Assembly (NCBI GenBank): GCA_032718475.1 | Contig: JAUCBJ010003193.1 | Span: 1-34,513, forward strand | Source of the DNA: Nemertoderma westbladi | Lineage: Eukaryota > Animalia > Xenacoelomorpha | Length of the DNA: 34,513 nt | Direction: 5' to 3' | Translations under genes and position numbers: made by a program | Part shown: in pieces, positions 1-11,000 of the stretch | Position numbering within the stretch: the first letter of the stretch is position 1 | Layout: each line of letters opens with the position of its first letter | Notes under the pieces: model-generated | Database searches by the model: none | Told to the model about the DNA's origin: nothing | The model's input: the letters and a program-made list of their open reading frames with translations, nothing else

Positions 1-933
1 CCCAGTGAAAAATGCGCATGCGTATCGCGAGTGATTTTAAAGCGTCATGCGTTTTTATTGCGGCTCAATAAATAGCGATAAAACTCTTGTGATTCGCATG
101 TGAATCACATGTAAAATAGGGAAGCGATTCCACGCATGCGATTCACAACTTATTTTACGCATGTGATTCCATGCATGAAAATCGCATGCGAATCACACCT
201 CATTTAACGCTTATTTTACGCATGTTTTACACCATGAGAATATCATGCGTTAATTCCCATATGAATCGCATGTTTATAATTACACTAAAGATTATTAATT
301 AAAATAAAGTTGCCTATCAAGAAATAAATAGTTTTAAAATATAAAATTGATGAATACGAATTATCTAATATGGCTGTCGAATACAGAGATTATATTAATA
401 TATTTTATAGAATAGAAAATTATAGGGAATAGTTAAAAGTGTATCATGGTTATTCTAATCTATTTGTATTATCCTCTATATAACCAACCATTTCTAGTAT
501 TTATTCATACAGCATGTCTAATGTTCTAAGTCTAGAGAGTGTAATGTAATGTAATGTAATGTAATGTAAGGTAAGTACAGTAGGCAGATGATACGGAAGC
601 CCATAGTATCAAACAGTAGTGGAATAATCAACTACTGTATCATATTTTCTGTCACAAAGGTCTCAATATATTACACAAAACTCACAACCAGTAGATTTTT
701 GCAATATTTATGCGCCATGACGCTTGAAAGTCGCAAGTGAATCGCATGCGAGTTTTATGCGACTGAACGCAAGTTGTTGTGATTTTTATGCGACTTAACG
801 CAAGTTGTTGCGATATTTATGTGACATAACTCAAGTAAATCGCTTGCGTAAAGGTCGGGCCATAACTCTTGGGAATCACTTGAGATACGCCTGCGTTGCA
901 CGCTTGCGATACGCTTGCGCACTTTTCACTGGG
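1..933. mobile_element. Non-autonomous TIR DNA transposon (CCCAG termini; CMC/EnSpm-like MITE)
   Basis: CCCAGTGAAAAATGCGCATGCGTATCGC at position 1 is inverted as GCGATACGCTTGCGCACTTTTCACTGGG ending at 933, followed by TA. Many subterminal CGCATG/ATGCG motifs and no ORF. The left TSD lies outside the window; the superfamily assignment is inference. Confidence 0.8.
541..570 (+). repeat. (GTAAT)n microsatellite
   Basis: About 6 tandem pentamers inside the 1-933 element. Confidence 0.85.
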
Positions 934-2180
934 TAGGATCGGCATGCTGCATTGCAGCTGCATTTTTAAGAATGCTGTGCCGGCTTGTCAACAAAATTGC
1001 ACCGCAACAACTCCCTATCACCCATGACATTTGCTAGATCATCCGCATCTTTAAGGCCAGTGTCCTTTAAGATGCGTCTCAAGAAAGTCATGGGCTGTCC
1101 ACCATGCTTATTCACTCCATGAGGCTGCCAAAGTACAAGATTATGCACTGGCTGGTCCTCACGGCGAAAGCAATGTCCTGCAAAGCGGAGGCGATTTTGT
1201 TCTAGTGTCAAGCTTGGGGGAACCAATGAGACACCTCCAATGTTATATAGTGTCTGGTTGGAGATGTGTGCATTGTACTTGACACAATGAACCCGGCGTA
1301 GCATTCTTGTGAATGTGCCATCCAGAGATTTGGTGTCCTCAGCAGTTAGAGCCCAGCATGGACTCCCGTAGAGGAGTACTGGAACTACTGCTGCTCTAAA
1401 TAATCGGACCTTAAGTTTCCGATTAATTCTCGGTGACTTCCAAATCCTGGAAAGCCTATTCAAGGCTGCCCATGCCTTTCCCTTACGTATTCGAAGGTCC
1501 TCACCTGACTTCCGGATCCATGATCCCAGGTAACAGAAGTCGTCCACATGCTCAAGCATACCATCCTTTGAGCTTATGCTCATCCGATCAGAGACTTGCT
1601 GAGGACTTTCAAAGTTAACGGTCAGAATTTTGGTCTTTCTGGAATTAATAAAAAGACCAACACTAGAAGCAGCATGTTCTAATGAGCTGAGGAGCCGTTG
1701 GGCTCCCTCTAATGATTCTGAGAGTACTCCTAATTCATCAGCAAAGTCTAGATCAGTTAGGTACTTGGCAGGATTTCCTCGACTTCTGGAGCCAGTAGGT
1801 GGAGTTATCATCACCCCATCATCTTTATGATGATCTAAGGACATGCGTAGAACATAGTCAACCACAATAATGAACAAGAATGGTGCAAGTGTGTCTCCTT
1901 GGAGGATGCCCCATAACACTTCAAATGGTTCTGTGTCACCGTCAACAGTAGACACAAATGTTGTCGAACCATCGTATACTGATCTGATTGCTGCAATAAT
2001 TTCATCAGGAATCCCATATAATGAAAGTATGCTGAACATACGTGAGCGAGAGACTGAATCAAAGGCCTTGAAGAAGTCAACAAAGATAACAGCCAGATGC
2101 CTGTCTTTCTTTTTTGATAATTCTTCAATTATCCTTCTAAGTGCCAAAATGGGCTCCATGGTCCCACGACCTTTACGGAA
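934..2180 (-). mobile_element. 5'-truncated RTE-clade LINE; ORF 966..2192 encodes the reverse transcriptase and C-terminal region
   Basis: RT motifs FRKGR, FVDFFKAFDSV, GILQGDTLAPFLF, DLDFADE and FCYLGS, then an RTE-like C-terminus (LLYGSPCWALT, RLRFAGHCFR). No endonuclease domain is present. The first residues of the ORF come from the adjacent minisatellite. Confidence 0.9.
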
Positions 2181-2181
2181 T

Positions 2182-3706
2182 TTAGCTATCATGTGGGCTC
2201 GTGTTAGCTATCATGAGGGCTCGTGTTAGCTATAATTAGGGTTCGTGTTAGATATCATGAGGGCTCGTTTTAGGTTAGCTATCATGAGGGCTCGTGTTAG
2301 CTATCATGAGGGCTCGTGATAGTTATCATGAGGGCTCGTGATAGTTATCATGAGGGCTCGTGTTAGCTATCATGAGGGCTCGTGATAGTTATCATGAGGG
2401 CTCGTGTTAGCTATCATGAGGGCTCGTGATAGTTATCATGAGGGCTCGTGTTAGCTATCATGATGGCTCGTGTTAGCTATCATGAGGGCTCGAGTTTGCT
2501 ATCATGAGGGCTCGTGATAGTTATTATGAGTGCTCGCGATAGTTATCATGAGGGCTCGTGATAGTTATCATGAGGGCTCGTGTTAGCTATCATGAGGGCT
2601 CGTGATAGTTATCATGAGGGCTCGTGTTATCTATCATGAGGGCTCGTGATAGTTATCATGAGGGCTCGTGATAGTTATCATGAGGGCTCGTGTTAGCTAT
2701 CATGAGGGCTCGTGATAGTTATCATGAGGGCTCGTGATAGTTATCATGAGGGCTCGTGTTATCTATCATGAGGGCTCGTGATAGTTATCATGAGGGCTCG
2801 TGATAGTTATCATGAGGGCTCGTGATAGTTATCATGAGGGCTCGTGATAGTTATCATGAGGGCTCGTGTTAGCTATCATGAGGGCTCGTGATAGTTATCA
2901 TGAGGGCTCGTGATAGTTATCATGAGGGCTCGTGTTAGCTATCATGAGGGCTCGTGATAGTTATCATGAGGGCTCGTGATAGTTATCATGAGGGCTCGTG
3001 ATAGTTATCATGAGGGCTCGTGTTAGCTATCATGAGGGCTCGTGATAGTTATCATGAGGGCTCGTGATAGTTATCATGAGGGCTCGTGTTATCTGTCATG
3101 AGGGCTCGTGATAGTTATCATGGGGGCTCGTGATAGTTATCATGAGGGCTCGTGTTATCTATCATGAGGGCTCGTGATAGTTATCATGAGGGCTCGTGTT
3201 AATCTATCATGAGGGCTCGTGATAGTTATCATGAGGGCTCGTGTTATGCTATCATGAGGGCTCGTGATAGTTATCATGAGGGCTCGTGATAGTTATCATG
3301 AGGGCTCGTGATAGTTATCATGAGGGCTCGTGTTAGCTATCATGAGGGCTCGTGATAGTTATCATGAGGGCTCGTGATAGTTATCATGAGGGCTCGTGAT
3401 AGTTATCATGAGGGCTCGTGTTATCTATCATGAGGGCTCGCGATAGTTATCATGAGGGCTCGTGATAGTTATCATGAGGGCTCGTGTTATCTATCATGAG
3501 GGCTCGTGATAGTTATCATGAGGGCTCGTGATAGTTATCATGAGGGCTCGTGTTAGCTATCATGAGGGCTCATGATAGTTATCATGAGGGTGCGTGTTAT
3601 CTATCATGAGGGCTCGTGATAGTTATCATGAGGGCTCGTGTTAGCTATCATGAGGGCTCGTGATAGTTATCATGAGGGCTCGTGTTAGCTATCATGAGGG
3701 CTCGTG
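2182..3706. repeat. 22-bp palindromic minisatellite (YTATCATGAGGGCTCGTGWTAG), about 69 units
   Basis: Tandem units are directly visible. The junction varies among GTTAGC, GATAGT and GTTATC; there are no unique spacers. Confidence 0.97.
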
Positions 3707-4649
3707 TAATTATATTAGAAAGTTATTTTGTTTCCCTTATGATGTAGGCCCCCTAGGCCTAAAAAAAAGAATTTTGTACTCCCCTTTACTTAATAAACGT
3801 TTCCCACTCCACGTTTAAATACTTCAGAACTCCTTGCCACCTATCCTAAAATTGATTGTCTTACTATAAATAATTATGCCTCCCCTCTTTGTATATTACT
3901 GTAGGCTATACTATTTATTTTTTTAGTAGAGAGAAATGTACAATATTTTATTCAGATTTGTCTGCATTATGTCACTTTTATCATCGGTACCTTAGAGTTA
4001 TACGGGCGATGTTTGACAGGAATAAAATGATATACAATATAATAATATAAACTGTAATATACAGTTGTAGTACCGGTATAGGCCTACTTTTTTACTTATT
4101 CTATTCAGTAAATCTCAGCAGTTACGATTTGGTAATTAATACTTGTCTATTTGTCCTATACTGTAAGTTTTGTTAAGGCCTAAACTGTATAACTCGATAT
4201 GTTGTACAGGGAATGTTCATTAGCCATGCATTACTTACAAAGTATTTACTTGAGTTTGATTGGATAGAGAGACAAAGAGATATTATATTGTACATATATT
4301 ACATCGCCAACAGGCACGGTCGCACACTATGTGGCCACGCCCACCTTAAAGGCATAAGGAACTAATATTGAGCTTTATCGACCACGCCCATTTCTAGCTG
4401 CTGTTAGAAACCTATATCGACCCCACATAATGCTGTACTGTACCTACAGGTATGACTACCGTACTACTGTATATATAGAATTGAAACACGGAATACAAAG
4501 GGTTACTAAAGTCCGTATTCGTATGCATACGATAATTATCGTATTTGCCTATCGTATTTGTATCAATCGTATTTCAATCAATCGTATATGCGCTACTCCT
4601 GTTACATTTCACCGCCTGCTTACTACACTATGTACTACTACTACTACTA

Positions 4650-5260
4650 CTGTATACAGTGTATAGTCGGCCTGCTGCACTTAAAATACACATTGAGATG
4701 CTATGCTGGCTTAACAAAAACATTTTTGCCACCACCATGCAATCCACATCGACATGCTCCAATGCTGCGTGCATTAAGAATTATATGACGGCTTATCAAC
4801 AAATTTGCACCGCCACAACTCCCTATCCCCCATGACTTTCGCGAGATTATCTGCATCTTCAAGGCCAGTTCAGAGGCGTCTTCAAGAAAGTCCTCCATGC
4901 TTAGTTTCTCAATGAGTCTGCCACCCAGCACAAGATTGTGCACAGACTGGTCCTCACAGCGAAAATAACGCCCTGCAAAGCGGAGGCGACTTTGTTCTAG
5001 TGTCAAGCTTGGGGGAACCAATGAGACACCTCCAATGTTATATAGTGTCTGGTTGGAGATGTGTGCATTGTACTGTACTTGACACAATGAACCCGGCGTA
5101 GCATTCTTGTGAATGTGCCATCCAGAGATTTGGTATCCTCAGCAGTTAGAGCCCAGCATTGACTCCCATAAAGGAGTACTGGAACTGCTGCTGCTCTAAA
5201 TAATCGGACCGATGAATCCGATGAATTCTGTGTGACTTCCAAATCCTGGAAAGTCCATTC
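4650..5260 (-). pseudogene. Degenerate 3' fragment of the same RTE LINE family
   Basis: About 4975-5210 is nearly identical to about 1177-1410 (VRLFRAAAVPVLLYGSQCWALT...RLRFAG). It is frameshifted by a 5-bp insertion at 5071, and a (CTA)n tail-like repeat lies at about 4633-4650. Confidence 0.9.
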
Positions 5261-5964
5261 AATGAGCTTACCATTCACCTGCTTAGCACAACTTAGGACC
5301 TGGTTCTGATTAGTTACTTTAACCTTTTACCGAACATTAGAATTCCTTTAAATACTGTTTCAATATTCAGTACATGGAGGAGTGCACTCTCAATGGCATT
5401 ATTGCATCTTACTCTATTTTGTTCAGTGGCGTTACCGAGTAAATTTATTGCTTGAAGGTTTATTGTGGGGGGGGGGGGGGGGGGGGGGGAGGTGGCTGGC
5501 TAGGCTAGACTATGCCCCGACCTTTTGTATGTCAATATATCCATACAAAAAGCATTAGTAGTGATTAGATTAGCTTACGGCATTACCAATCATTGCTTTG
5601 CTACAGACCAGTTATTCCGTTTACGATGTCTTTCCCTACTACAATAATATTTACAGAATTAATAATATTTTTTTGCATTAAATATTATTGCACCATTCCC
5701 TGCCACTGCAATGAGTGTCTCATCATTAATTACACATTTATCACCACTATCCTCTACATACCTACTGCAACTTCGTTTCGTACATTCGTACCCACGCCAT
5801 TTTGTAGACTGTAGTACGAGCTGCTGGGCGAACCGCTAACGGCCAAGTACTGTTGTAGGGTTGAGCACAGTGGCAGCATATGATGGTATTGACAGATGGG
5901 AGGCCATGAGGAGGTCAATTGCGGACATACCAGGTATCAGGTAGTATTTATTTTACTTTTACCT

Positions 5965-6127
5965 GAGCCGCTAGCTGAATGGTTAGAGCGTTGGTTAGAC
6001 TTTCAACCCAGAGGTCACCAGTTCGATCCCACCTGGACGTCATTGTCGACTTTGCTAAAGATTATGCCCAACAGAAAGTTGGAATAATATGAAACCACTC
6101 ATTCACCCATTACACCAATAATAATAA
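5965..6127 (+). mobile_element. tRNA-derived SINE or tRNA pseudogene
   Basis: Pol III A-box-like TAGCTGAATGG (5972-5982) and B-box GTTCGATCCC (6021-6030) at tRNA-like spacing, with tRNA-like GGTTAGAGCG and GACTTTCAA. The acceptor and T stems do not pair properly; it ends in an (AAT)n run. Confidence 0.6.
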
Positions 6128-6740
6128 ATTATAAAGGATAGTAAATACAAAATCTTACTTACCCACAGTACATGAGACTAGTGCTACGTGAGATATTTCA
6201 ACAAAAAATAAAAAAGCTCAGATTCGCTTTGCTATTGGTTTACAGTTTTTGGTTAGCCTCCCCCTTATTGGCTTAGATAAATCCAGGATGCGTCAATGCG
6301 TAATACAAAACAATAGTTTTATATTAATGAAAAGTAGGCCTACTGTATTACAAAAAGTTGATGTGTAGGTACCGTATTGGGTACAACCTTGACACAAATG
6401 ATGTTAGATGACCTGGCATTAGTCACTGTCTAGTGGATAGCCGCCGCTACTGGATGCTTCTCCCCATCCACTTAATCGCAGGTTAAAGTAGGCCTAACCA
6501 ATCATAACAAGTTCTAGGAAGTGCTAAGCTGGTGACGTGTAACAGGAGCAGCACCCATAGGATTGATCCAAATACGATAGCAAATACGATAGCTGTTATA
6601 TGCATAAACTAATACGGACTTTAGTTTAACCCAATACAAAACAATTTCGAGAAATTTCGTTATTAATTAAAGTGGTAATAAACAATAATTATTGCGAAAA
6701 TCCGATTGAATCCAAATAAATATTCGTAAAGACAGAAGCG

Positions 6741-7065
6741 CAGTAGCAGCACTGTAGCAGTACAGTAGCAGTACAGTAGCAGTACAGTAGCAGTACTAAC
6801 AGTAGCAGTACTGTAGCAGTACTGTAGCAGTACAGTAGCAGTACAGTAGCAGTACAGTAGCAGTACAGTAGCAGTACAGTAGCAGTACAGTAGCAGTACA
6901 GTAGCAGTACAGTAGCAGTACAGTATCAGTACAGTAGCAGTACAGTAGCAGTACAGTAGCATTAGTACAGCGCTGTACAGTACAGTAGCATTAGTACAGC
7001 GCAGTAGCAGTACAGTAGTAACAGAAGTAGCAGTACAGTAGCATTAGTACAGCGCTGTACAGTAC
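6741..7065 (+). repeat. 11-bp tandem repeat (GCAGTACAGTA)n
   Basis: More than 20 visible units, degenerating at the 3' end; source of the spurious YCYCTATVLLL ORFs. Confidence 0.95.
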
Positions 7066-7976
7066 GATAGTGAAATAGAAAAAACGCATAATTAATTATT
7101 GAAACCACGTCAAAGTAAAACTCGCGTGCAAAACCGCTATAAATATCACTGTCTTTCAATGCCATCATGTTGAAAATCCGCATTGCAAAGTCATAAAACA
7201 ACATCCAAACAACCCCTGATCAAACCATAACCACTATTTAATCTTATTAGTTTTTCATCCTTTTAAATTTTTGGGAAAATTAACCAACAGTAACTACAGT
7301 AGTTACCTGTCAGACAACAACTACCAATATTTAATTTAATTATCAAATAAGAAATCAAAAATTTAGGTAAAGGTAATTTGAACGATGCACAACGTTCAAA
7401 ATGCAAAGTATTTTTCTTAATGAAATGTAAATTTTTACTCTTTGCAGTCCATAAACTGTAGTTATCATCACACCTATGTATTTCAGAATGAATTGCAGTA
7501 GGCCTACAGTATGTATGCAATTTAGTGAAAGAAGCATGTCACAGAGATACTGTAGGTTAGAGGAGCCGAAACACTAAACTATAGAGTTAATTTAAGACAT
7601 TCAGTAACTTAGAGCCTTACGTAGAGAAATACAGTAGTAAATAAAATATAGGCCCAGTGTCTGGCATGTCCGATATTGAGATATTGTTGTAAACAATTCT
7701 GCAATTACTGAATTAGGCCTAACAATTTAACAGGTTTAAACATTTTCCTCTGTTGGTAACACCAGCACATGCTCAGGCAGTCAGGGCTCAGGGACAGATG
7801 ACAGAGAGAGGATTACACATCCTACTTCACCTGAGGCTGAGACTGCAGGACTGTGCTGCTGTGAGAGGACATCGGCTAGCAGAGTCAGAGAGTTGAAAGT
7901 TCGTCGTTAACATACAGCTGTACCAGTGTACAGAGGACATTAGAGAGTTTCCGAGTTTGACCTGGAAAAAACTAAG

Positions 7977-8001
7977 ATGAATTTTGGGCGTTTGATTTCC
8001 A
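7977..8001 (+). CDS. NDUFS3: NDUFS3 coding exon 1 (MNFGRLIS + 1 nt), inferred
   Basis: AAGATG start (A at -3), followed by a consensus donor GTGAGT at 8002. Phase 1 joins in frame to the exon at 11432. There is no homology support because this is presequence. Confidence 0.65.
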
Positions 8002-11000
8002 GTGAGTGAGTAGGCCTATACACTAACAACTAACACAATACATGGTACATTAGGTACATTACATTTACATAGGCTTATGATAGGCCTACCGGCAGACCGG
8101 TACCGGTCAGCCGGTACTGACAGGCGGTACTGCAATTGCAAAGAACTACCTGACTGTGAGGCTTATGATAGGCCTACCGGCAGACCGGTACCGGTACCGG
8201 TCAGCCGGTACTGACAGGCGGTACCGGTACTGCAATTGCAAAGAACTACCTGACTGTGACTACACCAGTACACATTATCATTTTATTTAGTAGGCCTACC
8301 GGCTGACCGGTATGCCTAGTTTTATAAATTATCTGGAGCTGCTGATTGCTGAGTTACGACAAGCAGACAAGGCTGCAAGGGGGTTTTGGGTTTACGGGGT
8401 ATATCTGTTGGTACTGTCTGACTGTGAATCTTTCTATTGTTATTTCGTATTTGCTGACGACATTGTTGTAATTGCCGAATGTGAATCAAATTACATCAAA
8501 GTCTGGTTATCTTGGAATGGAACACTAGGCCTACTGCAGTACTGCTGTACTGTCAGACTGTATGTCAGTATGTAATGCATTGGTGCCTTAAGTCAATCTA
8601 TATAAATCGATGAATCGATAAATCTACCGGCTGACCGGTAACATTGTTAGGCCTATTTTAAGAGTTAATCAGACTGACAGATAGGGCGAAGGGAGTGATC
8701 CCAGGACAGCACTCAACAGCAGCACACAATTATTTTACAATCTGACAATGGTACGAGTAGGCCCTACGTGTAACCTGATGTCATCACCTGGTACACGCAC
8801 ACCGAGTGAGTACACTCTCAACGGTTCTATTCTAGAACTCAAGGAGAGTTGTAAGGACCTAGGTATTATCGTTACCAAAAATCTGCGTTTCAGCAAATAC
8901 TGCAGCCAACAAGTATCCAAGGCGTATAAAATGTGCAATATAATATTTAGGTGCTTCCACACTTCTAATGTCAACGTACTTATTACGGCTTATAAGGCGT
9001 ATGTTCGCCCACTGCTAGAGTACTGTACCGTGGTTTGGTCTCCTCACCAAATTTTTAATATAAAATTGGTTGAGCGCGTCCAACGATATTTCACCAGACG
9101 ATTGTTTTCAAGATGTCAGTTAACACACATAGATAACAGTTACTCTAATAGATTAATACACTTGAAACTCCAACCATTAGAAGTTAGGCGAATTATTTTT
9201 GATATCCGTATGGTTTATAATATTTGTCACAATAACATTGACCTTCATTTTAACGATTTTTCTCGCATGTGCAACGGCAAGGTTTGCGAGGCCATAACAG
9301 GAAACTGTTTGCTCAGCCTAGCAGGCTAGTCGTTGTCAGAAATCGTTTTGCTAGCCGCATAGTATCCGTGTGGAATTCCTTGCCCTCAGATGCCGTTAAT
9401 GCACGTAATTTGTATATTTTTAATTGCCATATACGTCATATTGATTTTAGTCACTTGTGTCATTTTGTTTAAATAAGCACACATTATACCCCGCCTCGTA
9501 TTTTGATTTGATTTTGATTTTTTTTATATTTTCTCTGTTCATAATGACTGACCGTGTTTTACCATTTTATTTTTTTAGTTTGCAATATTTTTACTTAATT
9601 CCAATAGAGATACGCTCGTAAGTGCAACATTGCCTGGGTTATCTTCTCCCTCCATACATATAATTGTTTAATTAAAGGTCTAATTCAATTTCATTTTGTG
9701 AATATGTATGTCATTAAGATTAATTTTAAATAATTAATTATTTTATTTGTCGGTGCAATTATTTGGAGTGCAATTACATTACATTACATTACAGTGCAGC
9801 AGTGATGTCTACTGGTCTATCAGTCTATTCCTATTGCAGTATTGATGTATTGTTAATCTAATCAAGTACCGTAATTCGGGGTGACTTGATACATTGCAGC
9901 ATTGAGGTGACTTGATACAGCAAGTTATACTTTTTTTCTTTAACGGATTGTGGGTGATTGCGTGATGTTATGATAAAAATTGAAATATTAGAAGATGTCT
10001 GAATAAATTGTCTATCAAATAGTAAAATAAATTTTGTCATTGCTTCGCATTTGTGATCACTAGAGCCAAGAATGCATTGTTCAAAAATTCACTTTTTTTT
10101 TCAATGTCAAAATATAGGTCGAATTTTTGACAATTTGGGTTAATGTTGTTCAAAAATTATTTTTACAGATGCTAATAGATGGGTTTGAATATTATGATCC
10201 TAAAAAAAATTTACAAATTTTCATATGTATTGGGGGTGGAGTGCCCGTTTTTTGAAAGTGTGTCTCAAAATGGGGTGACTTGATACATATATACGGTATA
10301 TTGGAGGCGAAAATGTTCTGATACCTGTGACTACTGTGACTTAAACGTTGATTTTGCAAAATTTGTGCTTAAATTCATTGTTTTAGTTTCAAGTTTTTTC
10401 TAAAATGTTTTGTCTTACTTACTGGTGTCAGGATGTCACTATACAATGAAGGTCTTTTTCGTTATTAAAGTGCAATTTAACTTGTTAAATAAGAAATATT
10501 TTGCCATAAAAAATGGAGTTATTTTTAATTTTAGCCATAATTTTATATCACCGTTAGGTGGGGACTTCGTTCTTTTTTTACAATTTCCAAAATGTATCAA
10601 GTCACCCCCACAGCCTACAACATGATCCAAACTCATTCACAGAGTGGTATTATTGCGGAAAATTGGCTTGTGTATCAAGTCACCCCGTTATGTGGGGTGA
10701 CTTGATACAGCTGGTTTTTACGAAAAAAACACCACTAGACTAAGCACCTGAAATAGTGCTTTAGTCTAGTGGTGTAGTACTCATCCGACTATAAAATTTT
10801 CTTTTTATTCCATCTGTGTAGGATAAAAACTTCAGAAGATATTCACAGTTAAAGGCAAAAACTGTATCAAGTCACCCCGAATTACGGTACCGGTACAGAA
10901 GTATCAGGCTGTCAGAGCAGAGCAGCAGAGTAGGCTATAGATTTATACATAGGCCTAGTACAAGTAAGTACATATACATACCGTTACCTAGCAACCTAGA

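Larger units (their letters stand above)
4500..6632. mobile_element. Non-autonomous TIR element with 8-bp TSD (Mutator/Merlin-like), carrying nested repeats
   Basis: GGGTTACTAAAGTCCGTATT...CTCCTGTTACA (4500 to about 4612) is an imperfect inverted copy of about 6530-6632 (...AATACGGACTTTAGTTTAACCC). Both ends are flanked by AATACAAA (4492-4499 and 6633-6640). Confidence 0.7.

Noticed and set aside
2182-3706. CRISPR array (22-bp palindromic repeats)
   Set aside because: No spacers; it is a tandem minisatellite.
5965-6040. Functional tRNA gene
   Set aside because: A and B boxes are present, but the acceptor and T stems fail to pair and there is extra sequence before the anticodon arm; better read as a SINE head or pseudogene.
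6663-7204. YCYCTATVLLL-repeat ORFs
   Set aside because: Translations of the 11-bp tandem repeat.
7831-7913. First exon of a divergent minus-strand gene (MSSHSSTVLQSQPQ then GTGAAG), with another donor-like site near 6160
   Set aside because: The donor is weak, the peptide is unrecognisable and no convincing downstream coding exons lie in the window; transcript data would be needed.
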